From Octopus sinensis (taxonomy: Eukaryota), in assembly GCF_006345805.1 (NCBI RefSeq), contig NC_043020.1:30070001-30134000 (forward strand): a stretch of 64,000 nucleotides of DNA, read 5' to 3'. Both the position numbers and the translations under genes were made by a program. Below the pieces are notes generated by a model that saw nothing but the letters and a program-made list of their open reading frames with translations, was not told the origin of the DNA and made no database searches. Below are positions 22,228-34,560 of this stretch, piece after piece. Positions within the stretch are counted from its first letter, which is position 1. Every line of letters starts with the position of its first letter.

Positions 22228-24158
22228 TTCACTCTCTTGTGTTCTGTCTCCCATTTCCACTTGAAGAAGAAAAAGAAAAAAAATGAAAAACAACGTCCTT
22301 TGAATATTTCCTCCGCCATCTTTAATCTGCTTGCCAACATAAATAGACGTTCATAATGCTTCGCTGCCTTTCATAAAGGTTCTCAAAGCTATTTTTTTCC
22401 CTCCTTCACCACCGACCACCTCTCCACAATCAATCCACTTTCATCTTCTGTTTCTATTTGCAGTTCTATTGCTCACTCTCACCACCACACATCCATATAC
22501 TATTTCTAATCTCTCTACATCCTCCACATCCACCACATCCACCGCTTTCGTTTAATGTCTCCCTCGTGCTCTACACTTAAACATAACGAACGCACAACAA
22601 CACTACAACTTGAAATCATCAAACACGACTGTCTAACTGAACCTCCCCACCCCAAACCCACTATCAGTTTACATAGCACCATCTCCCGCCACTACTCTAT
22701 ATCTATATCTATGTCTATACCTATATATATATACACACGCACACATACGAAAGTAGCTCTCAGCTCATATATCTAGCATTGTATTTATTAATTCGAGCAA
22801 TAGGTTGACTCATGTTACTTCCTTGTCCACGAAACTTTAAGTAATGCGAGCAACCATGTCAACCTGTTACTCAATATATATATATGTAATTTAAAACAGT
22901 TTGGTTCGGTTCCGTGTTACTTCAAGTTTCGCAGGCCCCTAACGGGATCCCGACTCTTTCGGGCTCCTGCCGAGGATCTACGTATGTTTTCGTGTGTGTA
23001 TGTCTCGTCTCTGCAGGATGCTCTCATCCGCAATACGGTATTATTTCAATATATTAATAATGTCGGTAACCAGATAGCGTAATGTTCTGCTGGTCGGTGA
23101 ACTGGAATGCTATTCGTAGAAATAGACGGAGATCCATTTACCTAGCTGTGTATAAGCAGCAGCAGCAGCAGATTAGGCAGACGCGAAAACAAAACTAACA
23201 AAAAGCAAAAAGCAAAAAACAAAAACAAAAAAAAAATCGGAAATGTAAGACATGACTCATGGTTTATAAATCCGATACTATTACACGCCATACTGTACTA
23301 TGCCTACTACGCTGTATTATAATACACGGCTTGCTAGTCAGCTTGTACTCCTCCTGCCACACACTCACACACTCTCTCTCTCTCCGTTTTCCCCTTCCCT
23401 CGTCCTATTTCCTCTCTCACTCACATACAATCCCGCTCTTTCTCTCTCCCCCCCTCCCCCTCTCTATCTCTCATATTCCTGTCTTCTTCTCAGCCTCTAA
23501 ATTAAAACCTTACAACGAACAATGTACGTCGACATTTCTCTCCCCCCCCCACCGCCTTCCATAATCCCACTCCGCTGCCGATATCTTGAATTTATCACCA
23601 CTGTCCAATTAGATTAAAAATCGTTTCTTGTTACATACACACAGTTACATACAAACTATGTAATCACATACACCAACACACACACTCCAGCAGTCTGATC
23701 TCTCCACCCCTCCCGCCTCACATTACATCAAACATTCTTCTGACATTTATAAGCTTTTATTATGCTATCGCCATACTACTATACACATCAGACATACTCT
23801 TCCTCCACATCCACTACAACCATATATAACAGACGGCTTTCTATTAAAAGTCTATTAAAAGCTATCGACTTTCTCTCTCCCCCTCTCGCTTCCTTTATAC
23901 TCTATCGTTTTATGTTCTCTTTCTCTGTATATATCTCTCTCTGTTTATCTATATATTTCTCTATCTCCATTCGTTTTACTCGGCTTCGTTTTCCATTGTC
24001 TAATTCGTCTTGCCATTTAGTCTGACTTGACTATATAAGCTAATCTAATGTCATTTATAGCCAGACGATACCATTGTCGCTCTAATACAAAAATTGTTCA
24101 CAGCTGACACACAACAAGCCTGATATTCTCGAACCACTACACAACGCTTCGTCACTTG

Positions 24159-24209
<51 letters not shown>

Positions 24210-24295
24210 TGAGATAGATAGACAGATAGGCAAACAGACAGACAGACAGACAAACAGATAAATAGACAGACAGGCAGGCAGACAAACAGATAGAC

Positions 24296-24335
<40 letters not shown>

Positions 24336-25784
24336 GATAGATAGATAGATAGATGCGTATCTCCTTTCTATATAACATTTTCTCCACTGAATCGTCTGTT
24401 TTCATCGAATTTTGCTTTCATCTGTCTCCTTCGCCAACTCCACTTTGCATAATTATTAGCTCAGTAATTTTCTTTCTCTTTCTCCCATCTTACTCTTCTT
24501 TCTCCATCTCGCTCTCGTCTTTCTCTCTCTCTCTTCTCTCTCTCTCTCTCCCTCGTTTTCTCCTCACAAATTTTTCTTTATCTGTTTAACATATCTTTGT
24601 TTTCTAATACACTTAATCTCTTCATCTCTTCTATACCAGCCTTCTGTTTTATCTTTTTCTTTTCCTTCTCTTACCCTATCAACCATCATTTTCATTCCCC
24701 TCTCCTACTCTCTCTTCCTCTCTTCTTCTTCTCTCCCCCGCTCTCTCTCTCTTCATCTCACTTTCTCTGCCTATTCACACTTCAACGCACACACACGCCA
24801 TACTTCTGAAATTAAAATATCACCGACTGGCTGACTGGCTGACTGGCTGGTCGGCGTTTCATTCCACATTTGAATTTATAAGGCAACTGTCTACTTTCGT
24901 TGCAGCAAAGCAGACATCACTAGGCAAGCAGACATTGGGCGAGCCGATGACGTGAAGAACGTAGGGGAGACAGGAGTGAAAGCGAAGCGGTTGAGTGGAA
25001 TGAAGGGATAATTAATAAAACATCATAGCAATGATAATAAAGATAAAAGGAACGAGTGAATGGGGAAGGGGGTAGGAGGAGTGAGACGGGTTAAGAGAAT
25101 AGTCATCTGATGATGTTTGCGATTCAAAGAGAATAATATTTAAAGGGAAGATGAGTCGTTGGAGATCAAAACGACTTGTTTTATGTTGTTTGGTCTATGT
25201 CTGTCTGAATAAATTCAGAATGCTTTTGATGGATCATCCGTCGGTTTCGACGATGAGCATTTCGTTGATTAATCAATCACCTGGACTACTTACTCGCTAA
25301 ATAAACATATTAAGAAGCGGACGGAGTATTCACAGACACATCTACCCTTGAAGTACTTTGTTGTTGTTGTTAAGCAACAAGGCGGGTGAGGGTGATTAGG
25401 TGATGGTTTAGGGCTTAGGGGCGGGAGTCCCCAGACCTTGGGGAAAAAAAAAACTTTCGTCGTCTTGTTGTAGTCGAGGGCTCTTCGTTGACGCCCGACT
25501 CCACTGGGAAGTGGCCCTCGAAGTCGCTGGAAATGGAGATCTCCAGGTCCAAATTCTTGAACCGCCCATTAAAGTAAAAGTACTGTATATGTTGGTGTAT
25601 GACACGTGTTCCCGCATGAGATGCACAATATTTTACGGGCGTATTTTGTTGTGGAACAATGTATTGTTCTGTGCGTGTAATTACAATCTCGTGACTGTAC
25701 ACTGGAATATAGTATCAGAAATAAGCTACATTATAGAAGAACCACATTTCGACATTATCGTCTTTCACATCATTTATTTTTTAT

Positions 25785-26105
25785 TTGTTCCAGTCATTTG
25801 ACTGCGGCCATGCAGGAGCACTGCATTTAGTCGAGCAAGTCGACCCCAGGACTTATTTTTTTGTAAGCCTAGTACTTATTCTACCAGTCTCTTTTGCCGA
25901 ACTGCTAAGTGACGGGGATGTGAACACACCAGTATCGGTTGTCAAGCGATGTTGTCACACGCATACACACACACACACACGATGAGCTTCTTTCAGTTTC
26001 CGTCTACTAAATCCACTCACAAGGCTTTGGTTGGCCCAAGGCTATAATAGAAGACACTTGCCCAATGTACCATGTAGTGGGACTGAACCCGGAACCAGTC
26101 AAGAG
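25785..26105 (-). mobile_element. SINE-B with internal (CA)n
   Basis: Tail GTTCCAGTCATTTGACTGCGGCCATGC, core GACACTTGCCCAA, head GGGACTGAACCCGG (read on the plus strand). Confidence 0.9.
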
Positions 26106-26289
26106 AATAGCCATACAGGATGTAAAGCTCGTATTTCTGGCTGTGATTTTTGGGGTAACCACAACTGGTCACCAGGGTGGCGCACCTCAGCTCTATCGCT
26201 TTGTTGTCGTCACAAGTAAAGAAGTTTCATTTAAATAGTTAAAAACAAAGTTTTTTCAAGCAACACGGTCATTAAATGACGTAAGACAT

Positions 26290-26960
26290 GTATCAGGTTT
26301 AGATCATGTACTTGTGAAAGGAAGTACTTTGTGATGATGCAACCTCACCACGTGACAGCAAATATTCAATATCCAGGGCTTCATCATTCCTGAAGAAGGA
26401 ACCCTTCCTTGGACTCCTTCCACCGCTGTCTGTCCGGCCAGTCGTGGCCATGTAGGCTCCAGGTAACGGGTGAAATATTCTCAACATCTTGTCTTTGGTC
26501 GGCCTCAATCACTCTGATTGTCTACCTGTTGTCCATCAGTCGCACGATGTTCCCAGCCCATCTATATGTGTCTTCCTTGGTGGTTCTTATGATGTTCTTG
26601 ACTCTTGAATGCTGTTGAATCCAGACGTTGGTTTTCTTGTCCTGCAATGTGATGCTGAGCATGATTCGTTCCATTTTCCGTTGGTCTATAATGAGTGTCT
26701 TCATGGTGGAAGTGTTGAGAGTTCATGTTTCACTGCCGTAAATCATCACTGGCAAGATGTACTCGTTAAAGGACTTTCTTTCAATTTTCATGGAAGCCTT
26801 CGACTTCTCATGAAGTTTCCCACCTTCCCAAACGCTGCTGTACAACCAAGCACTATTCGTCTCTTGATTTCCGGGAGGAGATTCCTGTCTTTCGCCACCA
26901 TGTTTGTGCAAATACACTTGTCATAATCTGACTTGTTTCCAATACCTAGAAGACTTATGC
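26290..26960 (-). pseudogene. RTE-clade LINE C-terminal fragment
   Basis: EIKRRI, AAFGK, FNEYILPVMIYGSET, QRKMERIMLSITLQDKKTN, RWAGNIVRLMDNR. Confidence 0.85.
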
Positions 26961-27448
26961 TTCTCTCGTTCCCTCGTCCACAACACTCCATCCCCCATTT
27001 GTAATATGGCCGCATCAGATGCAGGGCAAGATTTCTGATACATTTAAAAATAAAACGCATTGTGTACCCCAGCATATACAGTAAATCTCGGGCCGAATGA
27101 GCGTGACACAACGTGACCAGGCTGGAATAGTGAATGTTTGGTAAAAACCCATCGACTGGGATTCCATAAAGTTTCCATCATCTAAATTTCAGTTCAAAGA
27201 CTTTTGGTGGTCGACACGAGACAATGAGATTAATAGACACTTTACTAAGATGCTGCGAGCAGGAATCGAACTCACTTCTGAAAACACTCGGCCATTTCCA
27301 GCACTCGCATACACACACATACACATACATGCTACACAGACTTATAATTTGGTGTGTGAGGTGTGTATAATTTGGTGAGTGTTTGTATGTATGTCTGTGT
27401 AATTTGGTGAGTGTGACTGTGCACGCGCACGTGCGTATATATATGCGC

Positions 27449-27548
<100 letters not shown>

Positions 27549-27569
27549 TGTGTGTGCATACATAGTTCC

Positions 27570-27960
27570 ACAATGCCCCTCACGGATGTTTTTTGGATAT
27601 ATCATCAGTGATGCTTCTATGGTTTCTGGGTCTTCCAGGACTCTCATCATCCGATTCCCTTCACACAGTTGACCCAGCTGCGGTTCATCAGATCCCAGCT
27701 TGCAAACCACAAGTCGACCCCTCTTTATCCAACGTCCTCCTACTCCCTTTCTCTGCAGCTTCGGTGATGGAATGCATGGCTTTCCTCTTTGGGACATCAT
27801 TGACTCCAAACCCACCCCGGGGCTTAGCAGAATGAATGTCCCACAAACCATTGCCTGTCTGATGATCTTCTATGAAAACAACCCCTTACCAAACAAGTAG
27901 AACTCAATACAGTAGCAACGAAAAATCTTCCAAGGTACACCCTGCCGTTTTTTTATAAAC
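27570..27960 (-). pseudogene. HERO/R2-like restriction-endonuclease LINE 3' remnant
   Basis: Reads RKAMHSITEAAEK followed by a degraded WIKR-like motif. The 3' UTR motif GAAGCATCACTGATGAT is recalled as HERO-like and is unverified. Confidence 0.5.
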
Positions 27961-28197
27961 GGATGGATTCTTTGAATAATGTTGTCCTTGATACACTGTG
28001 GCAGAAAGAGCAGAGAAATCTCCCTCAAATCATACACTGCTGTCATAAAGAGGGCGAGAAAGACGCGGCGGATAATGAAGTTCAAGACACGCAAAGAAAC
28101 ATTTGCATCTTCGCCTCCATTTCTTCTCTTCCCCAATCCTCGTTTTTATCTCCATCACCAACTTTATCGCATTCAAGATCACCGATTCAACATTCCT

Positions 28198-28242
<45 letters not shown>

Positions 28243-28442
28243 ACCCTCTTTCTTTCTCTCTTTGCCTTCCTTCCTTCCTTTTGCAATGTCTTACGCCCCA
28301 CCTTAACTCAGTAAACTTACCAGCAGATAATACTTGTTAATCCTTATTACTGCCACCACCATCCGCATCTTCTTTACCACCAGCACTGCCACCTCATATA
28401 CCCACCCAGCACCATTGCGACTACTACTATACCACCACCACC

Positions 28443-28474
<32 letters not shown>

Positions 28475-28590
28475 CAACAACAACACCAACACCACAAACA
28501 GCTTTGATATCAAAAGCAACGTCTGTAAGTCTTCATCTCTCCTCATCCTTCTCCCCTTTCTACACTTTCTGTGGTGGTGCCAAGCTACGG

Positions 28591-28624
28591 TGACCTTTTG
28601 ACCTGTTGTCGGTGATGTAGGTCA
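28591..28624 (-). promoter_or_regulatory. Perfect DR2 nuclear-receptor element plus a third half-site
   Basis: TGACCT-TT-TGACCT at 28591-28604 (AGGTCA-AA-AGGTCA on minus) and AGGTCA at 28619-28624. Motif match only. Confidence 0.3.
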
Positions 28625-29094
28625 TCCGAAAGAAACATGTTTGAAAAGGATGACGTCTTCACAACCAGCGCCGGCTGCGTTCATTGCTGCTGCTGCTGCT
28701 GCTGCCCCTTTAAGTCTCAACTTGATAAGTGAAATGTGGTGGAGGATGGGGGGGGTGACTTTGAAGAAGCATCCGTTGAATGCAATAAGAGAGCATTACT
28801 ACGGGGAGGGCTGTACCAGTTCAAAGCGAACAAACGTAGCAGCAGCAGCAGCAGTAGTAGTAATAGTAATAGTAGTAGGAGGAGGAGTTCATACGTGGTG
28901 GATTGACTTGCTAGCAATATCAGCTAAGTTTTCTTCAAATCACACTGTCCTCTCTCTTATCTAAATGAATAAATATATATATCCAATCCGACGATGCACT
29001 GACCGAAACTTCGAGGTCACTCTCTATAATATTCTTGTTTAAGAATAATATATTTTATATGCGTGCGTGTGTGTGTGTGTGTGTGTAAATGTAT

Positions 29095-29515
29095 ACTCTT
29101 TTACTCTTTTACTTGTTTCAGTCATTTGACTGCAGCCATGCTGGAGCACCGCATTTAGTCGAGCAAATCGACCCCGGGACTTATTCTTTGTAAGCCCAGT
29201 ACTTATTCTATCGGTCTCTTTTGCCGAACCGCTAAGTTACAGGGACGTAAACAGACCAGCATCGGTTGTCAAGCAATGCTAGGGGGACAAACACAGACAC
29301 ACAAACACACACACACACATACATATACATATATACATACATATATACGACAGGCTTCTTTATCAATTTCCATCTACCAAATCTACTCACAAGGCTTTGG
29401 TCGGCCCGAGGCTATAGCAGAAGACACTTGCCCAAGATGCCACGCAGTGGGACTGAACCCGGAACCGTGTGGCTGGTTAGCAAGCTACTTACCACACAGC
29501 CACTCCTGCGCGTAT
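29095..29515 (-). mobile_element. SINE-B, well-preserved full-length copy
   Basis: Head (minus) GCAGGAGTGGCTGTGTGGTAAG..GGGTTCAGTCCC, core GGCATCTTGGGCAAGTG, internal (CA)/(TA) repeat, tail GACTGAAACAAGTAAAAGAG. Confidence 0.92.
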
Positions 29516-30124
29516 ATAAAAGTTTGTTTATAAAAAACAACACTATGAAATAATAGTTCTTAAATCTGAGGGAAAGAAACTGCTAGGTGTATTTTAGTGT
29601 AGTGATAGAACACTTGTCACGAATACATAGAGATGTGGGTCCGAATCCCATGCGTACAGCAAACTCCCCTTTTTTCCGTCGAGGGCTTATATGCCCCAAT
29701 ATCAGACTATTTACCTTAGTCAATGCATGGTGACCGCTTATAAGCTTTAAGCTTATAAAATATTAAAATACATTATATTATATTATAATATAATAAAATA
29801 CACCCATTTTATTATATTATAAACATACATGTGTACATATGTGTGCTTATTAATTAATTTTTCTCTCCTTAAAGCTGCATACTTTGCATTTTTGTAAAGC
29901 GAATTTCATGTGCGTCACTCTACTGAACCCGTGTATTGTCTGTGGCAGTGTTTCTAGTTATTTATCATCTGAAAAGTATAGCTGCAGACTGTACCTATGC
30001 AAAAGACGGCTGATTGTTTACTAAGACCCAGGTGGACTTAGTACAAACATTAGTTAGATGTGCCAATGCCAGGCAGAAAATAAGTGAGTGGAATGAGTGG
30101 AGGCGAGTATTCTTGTATATTCCT

Positions 30125-30267
30125 GCTGGTATAGGTGTAGGCATAGGTGTATGATTAAGAAGCTTGTTTTGCAGTCGTTTGGTCCTGGGTTCAACCCCAC
30201 TGTGCGGCACCTTGGGTGTCTTACACAAATTCCGGGCCTTTGTTGACGGAAACTGTGTAGAGGCCCA

Positions 30268-30315
<48 letters not shown>

Positions 30316-30410
30316 CCACCACCACTTCACAACCGGCTTGTTTACACGTCCGTAATCTAACAGTTCGGCAAAAGCAATTGATAGAACGCGCACCAAACTA
30401 ATCTTGCAAC
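30125..30410 (+). mobile_element. SINE-B with internal (TG)n
   Basis: GGGTTCAACCCCACTGTGCGGCACCTTGGG, (TG)n at 30270-30312, then CAGTTCGGCAAAAG. Confidence 0.8.
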
Positions 30411-30489
30411 TATGAGATGTATTGTTATTGTCAGGATTTTACTGTAATCAACAACAAACACATTTCGTCGATATAAAAGTCTTTATTAA

Positions 30490-30640
30490 AGAGGCAAGAT
30501 GGTAGAACCGAGCGAAATGCTCAGCGGTATTTCATCTGTCGTTATGTTTTGAGTTCAAATTCCGCCGAGGTCGACTTTGCCTTTCATCCATTCGAGTCAA
30601 TTAAATAAGTACCAGTTACGCACTGGGGTCGATATGACCG
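30490..30640 (+). mobile_element. SINE-A, 3'-truncated and fused to a SINE-B tail
   Basis: GAGTTCAAATTCCGCCGAGGTCGACTTTGCCTTTCATCC..AAGTACCAGTTACGCACTGGGGTCGAT. Confidence 0.85.
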
Positions 30641-30859
30641 ATAGAATGAATACCAAACTTTAAAAAAATCCTAAGTCCTGGGTTTTTGTTTGGTTCGAAA
30701 GCGGTGCTGCAGCATGGCCGCATTCTGATTATTGAAACAAGTAAAAGCAAAATATATAAGACCACCAAACCATATTCTTCAATTTCTCTCAATGTCTTCT
30801 TGCCTTGATTTCTGTTTCTTTCTTTCTTTCTTTCTTGTTTTTCTTCTTTTTTTTTTACC

Positions 30860-31009
30860 AATTTCTTAAAATTGTTTTTGGTTGCGGTCGAACTGTTTGT
30901 TTTATTTTAAAAACCGTTTTCTGTTTTCTTTGCGATCTTTGATATCGAATAACTTTCGATTAAGTTATATTTCTTCAGTGTATATATATATATATATATC
31001 TATATATAT

Positions 31010-31075
<66 letters not shown>

Positions 31076-31600
31076 ATATATATATATCTATATATATATA
31101 TATATATATAGATATATATATATATATTATATATATATATAGATATATATATATATATATATATGGTATTTGTCTTTTGATTTTCGTTTCTTTTTTGTTA
31201 ATTTTTTCCCCGTGACTTATCGTTTTGGTTTCGTTAAGGATACAGAGATCTTTTTTTTAATACTTGACCACGTTATTTTCTTTCTCAGAAGTTCTTTTTT
31301 AAAAAGTCCTCACGGTCGATTGTGGCTACTATAGCAGCTCCGTAGATTATTTCGTTTATTCTGGTGACATTGATGTTCGTATCTGCTTTCAATATTTCTT
31401 CCATGTCCAGGATTTTGTGTCTTTCTTTTATTACTGTTAATATTTCATCGTCAAGTTTTATCTTAGAAATACTGGTGATAGGTTTCGTTTATCTATCGAT
31501 TTTAAGTTTTAATAATCTTCACCTTTAAATTATTGTTATATTAAAAATGTCGGGTTTGGATTATTCGATTTAAAAAATTCTCATTTACATTTAATCAGAT
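30860..31600 (-). pseudogene. R4/Dong N-terminal fragment interrupted by (TA)n at 30981-31163
   Basis: Minus strand reads RINEIIYGAAIVAT and NKQFDRNQKQF, motifs typical of the R4/Dong pre-RT region. Confidence 0.6.
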
Positions 31601-31785
31601 TTTCGTTCGTGAAGTTCTTGTTAAACTTCTGTTGATCCTTATTTCATAGCTATAATCCCACTGAGGCCAATTTTGCTTTTGATCCATGCGAGGTCGATGT
31701 AATAAAGTACTAGTCAAGCCCTGGGGTTGCCTTCTCCCCTGATTTTAAGGTTATCGTGAAATGCCTGGTTGGAGGCCCTACCGTT

Positions 31786-31884
31786 CGAGGTCTATACCGC
31801 AGGCTACTCTTCAAGCCAAGGATATCTTCAAGCCGAGAATCAAGATATCTTTGGCCGCAAGAGTAGCCAGCGATATACACCTCG
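31786..31884. other. 99-nt imperfect hairpin (about 43-bp stem, 13-nt loop)
   Basis: 31786-31828 pairs with 31842-31884, with three single mismatches, one G-U pair and one 3x3 internal loop. Confidence 0.85.
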
Positions 31885-31926
31885 CTCGGATATTTACTTC
31901 TTTTGAGGTTCCACTCGCCATGAAAC

Positions 31927-32042
31927 ATATGTAGCCCGGATCTTGTCTACTCCATTCCTTAACTCTTGTATTCTTATTTATAAGAATAGATTGGAGGTTA
32001 AATAGATTGGAGGTTAAATATTTTTCTCAACGGGCTACATAT
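31927..32042. mobile_element. Miniature TIR element (12-bp inverted ends, internal 16-bp tandem duplication)
   Basis: Ends ATATGTAGCCCG / CGGGCTACATAT; AATAGATTGGAGGTTA occurs twice at 31985-32016. Confidence 0.5.
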
Positions 32043-32087
32043 ATACATACAAACATTCACTACATACACTTATGATATATATATATA

Positions 32088-32470
32088 TATATTATATAGA
32101 GGGCATTATTACACATAAATGCCGTAATAATGCCCTCTATATAATATAAATAAATATTTTGAAGTGGAAAAAATTTACAGATTTTTTCTTTTATGAGGTT
32201 TTTCACGCTAACTACTTGATAATTTCTTATTAAAATTTCTTATTAAGATTTTATCCTATTTTAAAAATTATCTCGTGAGTACCGTTGGCGATTTTTTTCC
32301 TCTGTCTTCCCTTCTCAGGATCTTTCCCTCTCCTGTGTTTCCGACGAAGAGCTCCGCTCGAAACGTTAAACCCTCCTTCTTCCCTTCTTTCCTGAGCGTC
32401 CAATAATACTTTATTTGTTCCACATCCTCGCGTTGTTTTCTTTTTGTGCTTTCTTGTTTGGATTAACTAT
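32088..32470 (+). mobile_element. PLE pLTR-like remnant with a terminal 24-bp inverted repeat and a hammerhead
   Basis: Inverted repeat 32088-32111 / 32125-32148; hammerhead at 32337-32371; ends GTTTGGATTAA then (TA)n, like 43975-44065. Confidence 0.6.
32337..32371 (+). ncRNA. Minimal type I hammerhead ribozyme candidate (CCGACGA core)
   Basis: Stem I GTTT/AAAC; CCGACGA-A; stem II GAGC-TCC-GCTC; GAAA; loopless palindromic stem III AC/GT; triplet GUU. Confidence 0.7.
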
Positions 32471-32481
32471 ATATATATATC

Positions 32482-32522
<41 letters not shown>

Positions 32523-32899
32523 CATATTCAGATGAATATGGTACTTTAGTTGAGGCAAGTAAAAGAAGAATAGACAGCAAATGTAAAATGTAAAAATTCA
32601 GACGCAACACACGACTACCTCGGGATGGGTGGTGGGGTGTGGGTGGATGAAACCTTTTCAAATTATCAAACCTTTGGCAGCATTTATGGAATGAATGGGA
32701 AACCTAACAGAGAACAAAGTTCACGTCGGTTCTTCCCAAAATCGGTGCAGACAAACAGTTCTTCATTCTGCATCTCTTACGTTTTCATTTCTTCTTATCT
32801 GATGGAATCTGCCGGCAATTTTCATTCACAATGCATTTTTCGCATCGCTTTTGAATGTGATACGATGGAAACTGGGAATTCAGATAATAGCTTCAAATG

Positions 32900-33105
32900 T
32901 TGATACAAGGCCTACGGTTTCGGGGGAGCGGGGTATGTTGGTTATATCCGCCCCAGTACGGAACTGGGGTTTTAAAGACCTTCAAAAGGACGAAAGGACG
33001 AAAGGCAATGTCGACCTCACTGGAATTTGTTCTCAGACCGTTACGATGGACAAAATGCCGCTAAGTATTTTGCCCGGAGCGCAAACGATTCTACCTGCTC
33101 GTCAC
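32900..33105 (-). mobile_element. Diverged SINE-A
   Basis: Plus strand GAAAGGCAATGTCGACCTC..GAATTTGTTCTCAGA..GCTAAGTATTTTGCCCGG..AACGATTCT. Confidence 0.75.
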
Positions 33106-33585
33106 ACTCGAAGATTCAGATATTAAGAATAAGATATAAAATAGCGATTCATTGTTTTTTTTAATATAATTCTTAAGAACTGAGAAAATGTCATTTCCGT
33201 TATCTTCTGATCGACCGAAATGATCAAGATTTCCTGAAATGAACTCTTGTGTCCCTTAACAGCAAATCGTCCCCAGAGCGGTTGTCTCCTGTTTCGTAGT
33301 TGTCTATTCAACTGCCAATAGACAATCTCTTAACGACTGTCCATTAATCTAATTACAGAACTACTGTCTATCGATTGGTATTTTATTTATCGACCTGGGA
33401 TAATAAGAACAAAGTTGTCCTCGATTCGCAGAACAGGGAGCCAGAATAATTGCACCAAACATTCTATTCGACGCTCTATCGATTCTGCTAAATCACTGCC
33501 TTTCATTCTCAACACTTTGGCTGCCGCCATTTTCTTGTTATTTCGCTTCAATCTATTTCCTATAATTTCTCTCTTTCTCTTGTGT

Positions 33586-33618
<33 letters not shown>

Positions 33619-33679
33619 GTTTAGTAAGCGAATTCTATTGATAAACGTTACTTCATTCATGGTAGTTATTATTATTGAG

Positions 33680-34560
33680 TTGTCAGAGAAATTCGTTCGT
33701 TCTTCCCAATGTTATTTCAATTAACACCAAAACAATTTTTATTGCACTGTTTTATGGCTTCTTTACAGCTCTATTCTTTCTCTGCGACTTTTGTTCATTG
33801 TTTTTGAAATTTGAATATATTTTTACCTCTTTTCAGTCCTACGATAATGGAGTGCCAAGCAGAAAGACAAACAAACATTTTCGACACTCGCTTCTCTTCC
33901 TTTTCAATCATGATTCCAAAGCTGCTCCAGACATTTCTACAGAGAGAGCGCAGTTACTGAAGGACCTGCACATAAAGGGCTTTCGCTTTTCGTTGAGGAG
34001 AAATTCGACCTCACAGAATCTCCGCGTTCCGGCCGACCTTTTCAGTTCAATGAGGATGGATTGAATGAGCTCATCTACGAAGAACCGCGCCATTCTACAG
34101 GAGAATTGGCCCAGCAGAGAGGATGTTCTCATGATACCACCACTCGTCACCTTCACTCGATGGCTAAAGAGCAAATGACCCGACCGGTGATACGGCCATT
34201 TCTTCAACACAAAAACATTCGGCTCCATATCTCTAATTTGATCAAAAATGTTTATTCAAGAACTCTTTTAGTTAAGTTCTTCCGATATATCACCCTCAGA
34301 TTATCACCTTTTTCGGTGGCGTTTCGTTCAACAACAATGAGGAACCGAAAAACGTGACTCGACCAATTCTGCGAATTAAAACCCGGTGATTTCTACCGTC
34401 AAGACATTGACAATCGAGTGGAACGGTGGCGAGAAGTCGTGAACAATGAAGAAAAATATATATTATTGATTGATTTGTTAAAATTGTTCACAAAAAAATT
34501 ATTAAAATGAATTGAAAAGAAAAACCCAACGAATTTAACTGAAAACCGAACGGTTGTTTT
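33680..34560 (+). pseudogene. Internally deleted mariner element
   Basis: HTH-like LIYEEPRHSTGELAQQRGCSHDTTTRHLHSM and C-terminal FYRQDIDNRVERWREVVNNEEKYII. Confidence 0.7.

Noticed and set aside
29784-29821. Perfect 16-bp AT-only inverted repeat
   Set aside because: Low-complexity AT sequence; such palindromes are expected here.
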